Translations under genes and position numbers: made by a program | Notes under the pieces: generated by a model | Databases searched by the model: none | The model's input: only the letters and a program-made list of their open reading frames with translations | Told to the model about the DNA's origin: nothing | Shown here: positions 9,487-18,151 of the stretch, one piece after another | Layout: each line of letters starts with the position of its first letter | How positions within the stretch are numbered: position 1 is the first letter of the stretch | Source of the DNA: an uncultured delta proteobacterium | GTDB lineage: Bacteria; Desulfobacterota; Desulfuromonadia; Desulfuromonadales; CAWBQR01 | NCBI GenBank assembly: GCA_963791005.1 | Contig: CAWBQR010000020.1 | Span: 47,322-111,321, forward strand | Reading direction: 5' to 3' | DNA: 64,000 bases

Positions 9487-10074
9487 TTGAATTACCTCGT
9501 TCACCTTTTTCTCTCCGACCCCGCCCCCCCGTGCCTTCTGGGCACCCTGATGGGCGACTTCGTCAAGGGCCGCATACAAGACGGCTGCCCTTCCGAGATC
9601 CGATGGGGCATCGAACTGCACCGCAAGGTCGACCTCTTCGCCCACCACAGCCCGGATTTCCGCAACAGCCGGCTGCGGATCGACGATTCCTTCGGCTATT
9701 TTCGCGGCATCATGGTCGACGTCTTCTACGACCATTTCATGGCCAGGTCCTGGCGACGTTATTCAGAAGCGCCCCTGCCCACCTTTGCCGGGGACATCTA
9801 CGACCTCCTCCAGCGGCATCTTGACGACCTTCCCGACGGGCTGCAGAAGGTGGCGCCACGCATGATCGCCCATGACTGGCTCACCTCCTACCGCGACGTG
9901 GAGGTCATCGGGCGGGTCCTCAAACGCCTCTCCACCCGACTGCGGCGGCCGAATCCGCTTGGGCGCGGGCTGGTGGAACTGGAGAAGAACTACCCGGAGA
10001 TGGAGGAGGATTTCGACCGGTTCCTGGCTGCAGCCCGCAAACACGTCGAGGAGCTGCGCCGCGCCCGCCACTGA
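9487..10074 (+). CDS. acpH: Acyl carrier protein phosphodiesterase
   Basis: Translation LNYLVHLFLS...LMGDFVKG...HRKVDLFAHH...DVFYDHF...WLTSYRD parallels E. coli AcpH (MNFLAHLHLA...). TTG start at 9487 is in frame with ORF 9307..10074. Confidence 0.75.
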   Translation: MNYLVHLFLSDPAPPCLLGTLMGDFVKGRIQDGCPSEIRWGIELHRKVDLFAHHSPDFRNSRLRIDDSFGYFRGIMVDVFYDHFMARSWRRYSEAPLPTFAGDIYDLLQRHLDDLPDGLQKVAPRMIAHDWLTSYRDVEVIGRVLKRLSTRLRRPNPLGRGLVELEKNYPEMEEDFDRFLAAARKHVEELRRARH

Positions 10075-10076
10075 AC

Positions 10077-10409
10077 CTAACGCACCTGAAGCTGCTGGAA
10101 CAGCCCCCGGATGACTTGATCCTTGTGAAACAGCTTCTCCCGCAGGCGGCGAATCAGCTCCTGCTGGCCAAGGATGTACTTCTGCTGGGCCTCGATGGTC
10201 CGCTTCAGCTCCCCGACCTTCTCCTTCGCCGCATCCCTCTCCTTTTCGACCGCCGTGCAATCGGTCGTTTTTTCTTTCTCGCTCTGTTCTTTCTTCTGCG
10301 GGGTAACCAGATAAGGATAGGGCCTGTCGAACCGGAAATCCTCTTCCAATCCGAAGGCCGGAGGCGCCAGAAACAGCAGGGCCAGGGCGACCCTCAGCAC
10401 TCTTTTCAT
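10077..10409 (-). CDS. Secreted coiled-coil protein, unknown function
   Basis: Start at ATG 10409 (MKRVLRVALALLFLAPPAFG, signal peptide) preceded by AAGGAG. C-terminal half is heptad-like (ELKRTIEAQQKYILGQQELIRRLREKL). Confidence 0.55.
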   Translation of the reverse strand: MKRVLRVALALLFLAPPAFGLEEDFRFDRPYPYLVTPQKKEQSEKEKTTDCTAVEKERDAAKEKVGELKRTIEAQQKYILGQQELIRRLREKLFHKDQVIRGLFQQLQVR

Positions 10410-10498
10410 TTCCTGTCTCCTTAGAATCGGCATGCCGCGAAGGCGGCAACGGGGCCCCTTTCCACGGGCCAACCTTCCCGCCCCCCCACCCTGAGGGG

Positions 10499-11338
10499 TC
10501 ACAGAAAATGCTCGAAAATCCCAGTCAGCTTTTTCAGGTGCCGCCTCTCCTCGTCTGAGAGGACCTCGAACACCCGCCGGGAGTTCTCGTCTTCCAACTC
10601 CCGCCTCAGGGTGAGGTAGCGGTCGTAGGCGTTGGTCTCAAGGGCAATGGCCAGCTCCAGGATGTCCCGGACCTGCCGTCCCCGCGTCCATTCGAGGGCC
10701 TTGGAAACCGCCATCCCCCCCTCCATAAGCCGGTCCCTCTCTCCGGTCTCGACGATGCCGCGGGGAAAGTCGGCTTCGGCAGGTTTTCCCGCCAGGGCCT
10801 CGTAGAGGGCGACGAGGGTCGCCTTGTGGTGTTCCTCGGCCTCGACCAGTTCCCGGAATAGGGCCGAAAGCTCAGGGTCCTGCACCCTGGCGGCAAGCTC
10901 ACTGTAAAATGTGCGGGTTCCTTCCTCCAGCTTCCAGGCAAAGGCGGCCTGCTTTTCGGGTTTGGAAAAGGAGCTGAAAAAGGCAAGCTCCTGTTCGGGG
11001 GTTCCTTCGGCGCTCCCCCCTTCCCAGGCGCGAAACCCTCCGGCCATACTGTAAACTTCGCGGAATCCGGCGTTCTGGAGGGCCGAGGCCGCAGCCCGGC
11101 TGCGGACCCCGGCAGCGCAATAGGCGATGGTCAAAAGGTCGGGGTCGAGCTCCCCGAGCCGGTCCTGGAGGTCGTCCACGGGTATCAGCCGGGCCCCCGG
11201 CAGGTGGCCCTCCTCGTATTCAGAAGGCCGTCGCACATCCACCAGGTTGTATGTTTCCGGGGCATGGGCGCCCACAAACTCCCGCACCCGGGCGGGGGAC
11301 CAGGAGGAAACCGGTTTGAAGTAGTCCAGCAGGCTCAT
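10499..11338 (-). CDS. Rhodanese-domain sulfurtransferase fused to a ferritin/rubrerythrin-like four-helix domain
   Basis: 279-aa intact ORF. Rhodanese active-site loop YCAAGVRS; C-terminal half has paired EEHH and ERRH helices. The start lies 21 nt after the stop of the upstream radical-SAM gene. Confidence 0.75.
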   Translation of the reverse strand: MSLLDYFKPVSSWSPARVREFVGAHAPETYNLVDVRRPSEYEEGHLPGARLIPVDDLQDRLGELDPDLLTIAYCAAGVRSRAAASALQNAGFREVYSMAGGFRAWEGGSAEGTPEQELAFFSSFSKPEKQAAFAWKLEEGTRTFYSELAARVQDPELSALFRELVEAEEHHKATLVALYEALAGKPAEADFPRGIVETGERDRLMEGGMAVSKALEWTRGRQVRDILELAIALETNAYDRYLTLRRELEDENSRRVFEVLSDEERRHLKKLTGIFEHFL

Positions 11339-11359
11339 CCGCTTAACACCCTCTCTTTC

Positions 11360-12696
11360 TCACGAGGCCTGCAGCGGCCAGTCGGTTTCATACCCCGGGG
11401 GATAGAAATTCTCCCGGGTGCGGTTGAAGTACCCGTACTGCAGTCGGGGAATGCGCTCCTTGACCCGGTCGAGCATTCGCTGTCATTCCCATCCCCTCGC
11501 CGGCAACGCCCAGGGCCTGCCAGTACATCACCGGATCGAGGCTCAGGTTGCGCATCTGGATCAGGTCGATGCCGGTCTCCTCCACCAGCCGCACAAGCGC
11601 CTCGACCTCATCCTCCCGGTCGGTGACCCCGGGAAAAACCAGGTAGTTCAGCATGGTGAACAGGCCCGCCTTTTTCGCCCGCCGGACCGACTCCATGACG
11701 TCGGCGAAGCGGTAGCCCGCGAGGCCGGTAGTAGGCGTTGTAGAGGGGCTCCTGCACCGAGTTGAGGGAGATGCGGATGGAGTCGATGCCGGCTCCGGCC
11801 AGCCGTTCGACGGCCTCGGGCAGGGAGGCGTTGGAATTGAAGTTGACCGTGCCCCGGGAGGTCGCCCGGCGCATCTCCCGAACGGCGGCCGCAGATGGTG
11901 TCGGCCTGCAGGATCGGGTCGCCCTCGCACCCCTGGCCGAAGGAGACGATGGCGTTTTCGCGCCTGCCGCAGATGGGGCACCGCCACCTGGCAGATCTCC
12001 TCCACCGTCGGAACGAAGCTCAGACGCTCCTGGCTGGACGGGACAGCAGTCCGACTCCTGCAGCGAGATGCACCCCAGGCAGCGGGAATTGCAGGCCGGC
12101 GAGGTGGGCAGCGGCGCCTCCCAGCGGCGGAAGAAGAGGTTCTTGGCGGCGAAGCAGTGGTAGTCGAGGGCGCAGCGCGCGAGCTGCTCGAAGAGGCGGT
12201 TGTCCGGGTTCTCCCGCAGGATACGGCGCACCAGGGGATCGAGCTTGCGGTCGTCGAAATGGTCGGGCTGCCACTGGGTGTTGCGGTCGACCCGCACCGC
12301 CGCGGCGTAGAAGCGCTCCTCCTCGGCGCACCACCCGACGGCGGTGTAGGACCACAGGGGCAGCTGCGACCTTCTTGCGGCCGTAGTCGGCCGCCGGCAG
12401 CAGAGTGCGGGTAAAGGCCGGGGTGAGAAAAGCCGAAACCGCCTGGGCTCCTCCCCCGCCCCACTCCCTGGGCAGAGGGCTCGCGGTGAGCGTCCGGCGC
12501 GTTTTGCGGTCGAAGCCGATGGGGGGCGTGCCGGGGATGGTGAAGAGGCGGCTTCCCGCCGGGAGGGGAATGAGTTCGTCGGCGCGGGGCGCCCGACCGT
12601 CATGCCGTTCATCCCCGCCATGAGCAGGTCGGGGTGTTCGAAGACCTCGCCGCGTTCGTCGGCGACAACGGCGAGAAGGGTTTTTTGTTGGCTCAT
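11360..12696 (-). pseudogene. Radical SAM protein with N-terminal extension; several frameshifts (as sequenced)
   Basis: ORF 11608..12696 carries a canonical CNSRCLGC (CX3CX2C). C-terminal pieces (...FTMLNYLVFPGVTDREDEVEALVRLVEETGIDLIQMRNLSLDP..., then MLDRVKERIPRLQYGYFNRTRENFYPPGYETDW) lie in other frames down to the stop at 11360. Confidence 0.7.
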
Positions 12697-12743
12697 TGGA
12701 AAATCTCTGGAAGGGGTTGAAAATAATTGTTGAACTAGTCAAT

Positions 12744-12795
12744 TTTGAATGTTGAATTTAATTCAAAATTGAAAATTCAAAATTCACAATTTGAT
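12744..12795. promoter_or_regulatory. AT-rich heptamer structure in a divergent promoter region: (TTTGAAT,GTTGAAT) inverted against (ATTCAAA,ATTGAAA,ATTCAAA,ATTCACA,ATTTGAT)
   Basis: Direct reading. This is the only strongly AT-rich stretch between the divergent radical-SAM genes (starts at 12696 minus and 12873 plus). Confidence 0.6.
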
Positions 12796-12872
12796 TTTAA
12801 GAATATCACAGCTTTGCGCCGGCGAGCAATTTCCCCTTCCCAACAACCCGGAGCTCGGCTATCCTTCTTGTC

Positions 12873-14575
12873 ATGCGCACGATCCTGACCACCCTGCACA
12901 GCAAGTTCATCCATCCGAGCCTCGCCCTGCCCTGCCTGGCCGCCTTTTGCGGGCAAGGGTGCGGAGAGCTGCGACCTCCGGGAGTTCACCGTGCACGAGC
13001 CCAAGGGGAACGTCCTTGCCGCCCTGCTCGCCGGGGAGCCCGACGTCGTCGCTTTTTCGGTCTACCTCTGGAACCGGCGGGAGACCCTGGAGCTGGTCGA
13101 CGCCCTGGCGGTGGCGCGACCGGAGGTGCGTATCGTCCTCGGAGGGCCGGAGGTCTCCTTCGACGGACCGGATCTCTTCGGGCGCCATCCCGGGGTGAGC
13201 GCCCTGGTGCGCGGCGAAGGCGAACTCCCCCTGCGGGGCCTGCTCTCGGCCTGGATGCGCGGTGAGGCTCCGGAGAGATCCCGCGTCTGGCCTGGCGGGC
13301 GGGGGAGAAGATCGTCGAGGGCCCCGACGGCCCCCTGCTGGGGGAGCTCGACGCACATCCCCTCCCCCTTCGGCCTCGGCCTGGTCGACCTCTCCCGGGG
13401 GTTCGTCTACCTGGAGACGAGCCGCGGCTGCCCCTACGCCTGCGCCTTCTGCATGAGCTCCCTCGATGAGACGGTGCGCTCCTTCTCGATGGAGCGCATC
13501 CGCGCCGACCTGGGCCTGCTCATGAAGCGGGAGGTGCCCAAGGTCAAGCTGGTCGACCGCACCTTCAACTACGACGCGCCCAGGGCCCGGGAGATCTTCG
13601 CCTTCATCCTCGCGCACAACCGCGCCAGCCATTTTCACTTCGAAATCGGCGCCCACCTTCTGGACGGGGCGACCCTGGAGCTGCTGGAAAGGGTCCCGCC
13701 TGGGATGTTCCAGTTCGAGATCGGGGTCCAGTCGACCCTCCCCGCCACCCTCGACGCCGTCGGCCGAAGGGCCTCGCTGGAGCGCCTGGAGGCCAATGTC
13801 GCGGCGTCTGCGGCGCAGGGGGAACATCCACCTGCACCTCGACCTCATCGCCGGGCTTCCCGGCGAGGGATACCGAAGCTTTCTGGCCTCGGTCGACCGG
13901 GTGGCGGACCTGCGCCCCCATCACCTGCAGATCGAGCCGGTCAAGGTTCTTCCCGGCTCCCCCCTCCGGCGCCGGGCGGCGGAACTGGGCCTTCGCTTCG
14001 ACCCCAACCCGCCCTACACCGTCCTCGGCACCCCGGACCTGTGCTTTTCGGAACTGGACCGGCTTCGGGGCATCAGCCGACTCCTCGACCTCACCTGGAA
14101 CAGCAGCCGCTTGTCCGGAACCCTCGAAGGCCTCCGGGAACATTGCGGTTCGCTCTCGGCGACCCTGGAAGCGATGGAAACCTTCTGGAGGAAAGGAGAT
14201 CACTTCCGACACCCCCTCTCCCAACGGGGCGTCTTCGAGGTGTTCTGGGATTTCATCCGGGAGAAATCCGCCGGGAAAGAACGGGAGGTGCTGAGGGAGC
14301 TCCTGGGCCGGGACTATGCCCTTTGCGAAAGGGTGGCGCCAGGGAACGCCCCCGGCTTCCTCCGCTCGAACCTCTCCAAAGAGCAGACCCGGGCGGTCCG
14401 GGAACGGATGACCTTCGAAATGGAAGCCCTCAGGGGACAGGGCGTCAAGGTACAGCATTTCGCCGCCCGCTTCGAGCTGCTGCCGGGAACGGGAGAAGGA
14501 ACGGTGATCCTCTTTCTCTACCTGACTCGGACGGGAGAAGGCATGGAAGTGCGGGAAATTCGCATCAACCCATGA
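12873..14575 (+). pseudogene. B12-binding-domain radical SAM protein (DUF4080-type C-terminus); at least 3 frameshifts (as sequenced)
   Basis: MRTILTTLHSKFIHPSLALPCLAAF (12873 frame) continues as ...VVAFSVYLWN...SRGCPYACAFC (CX3CX2C)...FQFEIGVQS (12991 frame), then ...IHLHLDLIAGLPGE...LQIEPVKVLPGSPL (13796 frame, stop 14575). Confidence 0.75.
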
Positions 14576-14647
14576 TGCGGAACCTGATAACCTGCTTCGG
14601 TTTGAAAAGAAAAAAGAGTTTTTCGAAAGCTTGAATTCCTATCCACA

Positions 14648-14720
14648 GGGATGAAGGGGATAAAAGGGATGAAGCCCTGACCCAAATCATCTGGGTTTAA
14701 AAAATCCCCTTAATCCCCTT
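14648..14720. repeat. Inverted nonamer arrays: (GGGATGAAG,GGGATAAAA,GGGATGAAG) facing (AATCCCCTT)x2; likely bidirectional terminator hairpin
   Basis: Direct reading. Lies between convergent stops at 14575 (+) and 14774 (-). An inner 5-bp hairpin ACCCA...TGGGT sits in the spacer. Confidence 0.75.
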
Positions 14721-14773
14721 TATACCTGTTACCTCGCCTTAAAGGTATCAGCACTTCCGTTCAATTCGGACAT

Positions 14774-16477
14774 CTACTTCAGCCGCACGATCAATCCGTC
14801 GACGAAGCGCGGATCGATCTTTTCCAGATCCAGGGGACAGAAGCCCTGCTCCCACAGGTCGAGGCAGTTTTCGCCAAAGGCCCCCGCCCCCGGTTCGAGC
14901 GATTCGAGCCAAAGGGCCGTTTCCTCCCGCAGTTCCGCTGAGACTCTCCCTTCCCGGCAGACTGCCCGGTGAAGAGCGGACAGTTCCTCCTCCGGGACCG
15001 GTAGGGGGAGAAACTCCCGGCCGAGGATGCGGTTGGCCAAACCAGTGAGGAAAAAGTCGGAAAGGCCCAGCTCGGCGGCCTCGTCCGGCCGGCATCCTTC
15101 CAAGTCCAGGGCGTCGGGCTCCGGCAGGTCGAAGGGAAGATGTTTCTCGAACAGCCGGCGCTGCACCTCCAATCGGTCGAGCCATTCACCGGCCCGGTGG
15201 AGGTCCCGCAGGAGAGCGAAGGGACGCTCCCCGCCCCGGCTCTCCTCCTCCAGGCGCGCCGGAAAGAGGGGCTTTTTCCGCAGGAGGGCATCGACCAGGT
15301 CCCGGCCGGGACCGGCCAGATAGGGGCCGATTTTTGCGGCCTTCACTTTCTTCGCCCGGAGCTGCAGGTCCAGGGTCAGGCTGAACCCAAGGCGGAAAAG
15401 GGTCTGCAGGTAAACCCCTTCGAAGAGGGATGCGGCCCGGGCCGCATCCCCGCCGGCCAGATGCTCCAGGGCCAGGTTGAGGTAGCGGTGGACCTCGGAG
15501 GCGGCCTCCCGTACCTGCTCCGGCTCCCCCGGGTCGACCCGGTTGGCGCTCACGACCTTGTTCATGAGAAAGGTCAGCTCCCAGGCGTTTTCCGAATCGA
15601 TCCCCCCGGCAAGGACCTCGGCGAGCAGATTTCCCCCCGGAGCGGCAGCAAGGATGAAAGCCGGAGCCTCCACCCCTTCCTCGGCCGGCGCCATCGGCAG
15701 CTTGCGGAACTGCCCGGGGTCGAAGGAATCGGGGGGGAGATAGGCATATACCAGCCGCGCCTCGGCCGGGTCGGGAAAACCGTGGTCCAACAGACGACCG
15801 ACCCGCCCCTGGTAGACCTCCTCCTCCAGAAGGGCCTCCTGCTCCCACCGGATCGCTTCCATCACCCGGATGTAGAAATCGCGCTCGCGCCGAAAGAGTG
15901 TATCGAGAAAGGCCCCGATGAGCTTGGCGCTTTCCGGTTCCCGGTATTCGACGTCGTAGGCCGCCTCCAGACCGCGCGTCGAGGAGGAGTCCTCATCGAG
16001 AAAATCCTCCGGCCCCCGGGTGACAGTGAGGAATTTTTTGAGCACGAGCACCAGAAGGGGAAAATCGGTCTCCTTCGCCGTCCGCAGGACCTTCTCCTCA
16101 TCCCCTCCCTCAAGCAGAAGGGCCAGCCAGCGCAGAGCGGCCCGGCCCTCGAGGATATCCCGTTGCCAGCAGTCGAGGTCGAGGAAGGTGGTGAACTGAT
16201 CGGTGGTCACCATAGCCAGGAGGTCGGGAATTTCCTCCGCTCCCACCTCCTTGAGCAAAAGGTAGATTTCCTGGGCCGGAAGTCGCTGAACCAGCCGCTC
16301 GGCATCGGCCGCCTCGATCAGCAGCTCGTATTTCTGCCGCCCCTGGGCGCCGCGGACCATCGCCAGTCGCTCGGAAAAAGAGAGGGCGTTGAATTCCCGG
16401 CCCGAAAGAGTCCGGGTGTCCCGCAACAGCGTGAGGTGCTTCACTTTCTTTTCACTCGGCAATTCTATTTTGCTCAT
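14774..16477 (-). CDS. Conserved-looking hypothetical protein, 567 aa (possibly DUF6178-like; helical N-terminal region reminiscent of MgtE-N)
   Basis: Long intact ORF with normal amino-acid composition, whereas the antisense 15140..16600 ORF is Pro/Gly/Arg-rich. No catalytic motif recognised; the family name is from memory only. Confidence 0.55.
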   Translation of the reverse strand: MSKIELPSEKKVKHLTLLRDTRTLSGREFNALSFSERLAMVRGAQGRQKYELLIEAADAERLVQRLPAQEIYLLLKEVGAEEIPDLLAMVTTDQFTTFLDLDCWQRDILEGRAALRWLALLLEGGDEEKVLRTAKETDFPLLVLVLKKFLTVTRGPEDFLDEDSSSTRGLEAAYDVEYREPESAKLIGAFLDTLFRRERDFYIRVMEAIRWEQEALLEEEVYQGRVGRLLDHGFPDPAEARLVYAYLPPDSFDPGQFRKLPMAPAEEGVEAPAFILAAAPGGNLLAEVLAGGIDSENAWELTFLMNKVVSANRVDPGEPEQVREAASEVHRYLNLALEHLAGGDAARAASLFEGVYLQTLFRLGFSLTLDLQLRAKKVKAAKIGPYLAGPGRDLVDALLRKKPLFPARLEEESRGGERPFALLRDLHRAGEWLDRLEVQRRLFEKHLPFDLPEPDALDLEGCRPDEAAELGLSDFFLTGLANRILGREFLPLPVPEEELSALHRAVCREGRVSAELREETALWLESLEPGAGAFGENCLDLWEQGFCPLDLEKIDPRFVDGLIVRLK

Positions 16478-16792
16478 CGGTTGAAAAACTCCCGTTATTT
16501 ATCGGAACTGGTAACTCTTCAGAAGGCCCGAATTTTGTTCTCTGGCAAGGCGCGAGCAGCACAGCAACGCAACCAGAGGGCAAAAGGCGGGTTGTGCTGA
16601 ATAGTTACCGGAACTATATCTAAAAACAAAGGAAAGCTCGGAGAGTCCAGCGAAGCTGGAAGTTAACTGCCGCCCTAAAAATCAGATAGAAGCTTTGTGT
16701 TGTGCAAGGGCGTCCTGGAAGTAAGGGTGAACTGCAGATGGCAACCTTTCGACAGAAGATTAGGCCACCACGCGTCAGAAAATGTCGTGGTT

Positions 16793-17947
16793 TTAGGATT
16801 GAATATAGTTCCGTAATTTTTCATCAACGTTTTCAGGGGTAACCTCCAGCTTACGGCAGACCTCTTCGGCCTGGGCCCTCCGGCCGGGGATCTCCATATC
16901 ACTCAACCGCCAGAAAGACTGAAACCTCTTACCGACCTGGAAAAGCGCCCGGCGCTCCGGGGGCAAATCGATAAAGCTCTGCACGACGGCCAGCAACCGT
17001 TCCCGGTCCTGGGGTAAAGTACCGTCAATTTCTTGTAGAAGGTTGAACATATGGTCGCTTTTGATGCGGCTCGATATGTTGGCAAGCCTTTCGATCAGCA
17101 GACGAATCTCCATGGCCTGGATCAGGCCGGTAGAGCGCTTCCAAACCAGGCCCTCGGCGTTTTCGTAGAGCTGGATGCCATCGGCGAGGCGCAGAGTCCG
17201 AAAACGGATGAAGTCGGGATTGATCCGGCTCAGGGCATCGGCCGTTTCGATGGCGTGCTCCTGCCAGAACTCGGTCCCCCCAAGGCCGGTCAGGACGTAT
17301 TCGGAAACCTCCATGCCGGCCTTTCTGGCTTTCAACCCGGCCTTCACATGAATCTCCTTACTCACCCCCTTTTTGACCATCTTCAGGATTCTGTCGGAAG
17401 CGGTTTCCAGGCCGATGTGGACCCGGTTGAGGCCGGCGTCAGCCATTTCTTCCAGGTGTTCATCGCTGATGCGGGCGATGGTGCTCGAGCGGGAATAGGA
17501 CGTGATGCGCCGCACCTGGGGAAAACGCTCCCGGATGGCCCTCAGCACGGTGATCAGGTCCTCCGGCTTCATCACCAGGCTGTCGGCATCCTGGAGAAAG
17601 ACCGACTCCATCCCCCCTTCCAGCCACTGCCTGGCCGCCCAGTAGGCCTGCGTTTCCGCGGATTCCAGGCCTTTGGGCTGAGCTGGGGCCGTCCCCTCCT
17701 GCAGCGCCTTCACCCAGCGGGAAACGGCCTCGATGTCACCCACGATGTCCTCCACCGGCCGAAGGGAAAATTTCCTCTTCTTGTAAACCGAGCAGAACGT
17801 GCACCGGTTCCACGGACAGTTGCGCGTCAGGCGCAGCAGCAGGCTGTACGCCTCGCTGGGGGGGCGGATGGGCCCTTGCTCGAACCCTCGGTAATCTTCC
17901 GTTTTTATCTCTCTCTCCACGACAGGCACCTCCCTCTTTTCCCACAT
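16793..17947 (-). CDS. Radical SAM protein with unusual CX4CX2C cluster motif
   Basis: 384-aa intact ORF, GPIRPPSEAYSLLLRLTRNCPWNRCTFCSVYK. Codons tgt ccg tgg aac cgg tgc acg ttc tgc were checked on the minus strand. Confidence 0.75.
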   Translation of the reverse strand: MWEKREVPVVEREIKTEDYRGFEQGPIRPPSEAYSLLLRLTRNCPWNRCTFCSVYKKRKFSLRPVEDIVGDIEAVSRWVKALQEGTAPAQPKGLESAETQAYWAARQWLEGGMESVFLQDADSLVMKPEDLITVLRAIRERFPQVRRITSYSRSSTIARISDEHLEEMADAGLNRVHIGLETASDRILKMVKKGVSKEIHVKAGLKARKAGMEVSEYVLTGLGGTEFWQEHAIETADALSRINPDFIRFRTLRLADGIQLYENAEGLVWKRSTGLIQAMEIRLLIERLANISSRIKSDHMFNLLQEIDGTLPQDRERLLAVVQSFIDLPPERRALFQVGKRFQSFWRLSDMEIPGRRAQAEEVCRKLEVTPENVDEKLRNYIQS

Positions 17948-18151
17948 CTTGGCAGGATTGACCGTTCAAGGCAAGGGGGGATTAATGTCACGATATTTTC
18001 TTTTTTGACGGTGAATCTGGAAATATGAGACCCTTGGAAATTCAAATTAAGATTCTCCAAATGGAACGGCTGTGCTATCTTCGCAGGAGAAAGACATCCC
18101 GGGAACCTCCTCGCCGATTCGATTTCCGGACCGGGATTGACACAGGTGCCC

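Noticed and set aside
12737-12748. Shared 12-mer AGTCAATTTTGA at 12737-12748 and 26082-26093 as a regulator site
   Set aside because: On the minus strand it contains TTGACT, i.e. probably just a -35 box plus an A/T tract. Two occurrences are insufficient.
15140-16600. Long antisense ORFs: 15140..16600+, 8208..9170-, 22857..24173-, 30856..31860-, 35140..36507-, 48759..50129-, 53409..54395-, 57824..59101-, 61233..62645+
   Set aside because: Each lies opposite a gene with strong motif support and has biased composition with no recognisable motif. They are high-GC shadow ORFs.
16478-16792. Possible small RNA or sigma54 promoter (TGGCAAGGCGCGAGCA) in the 315-nt lower-GC spacer between two minus-strand genes
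   Set aside because: The sigma54-like match is on the plus strand with no downstream plus-strand gene and has a poor -12 element. I saw no terminator or conserved structure.
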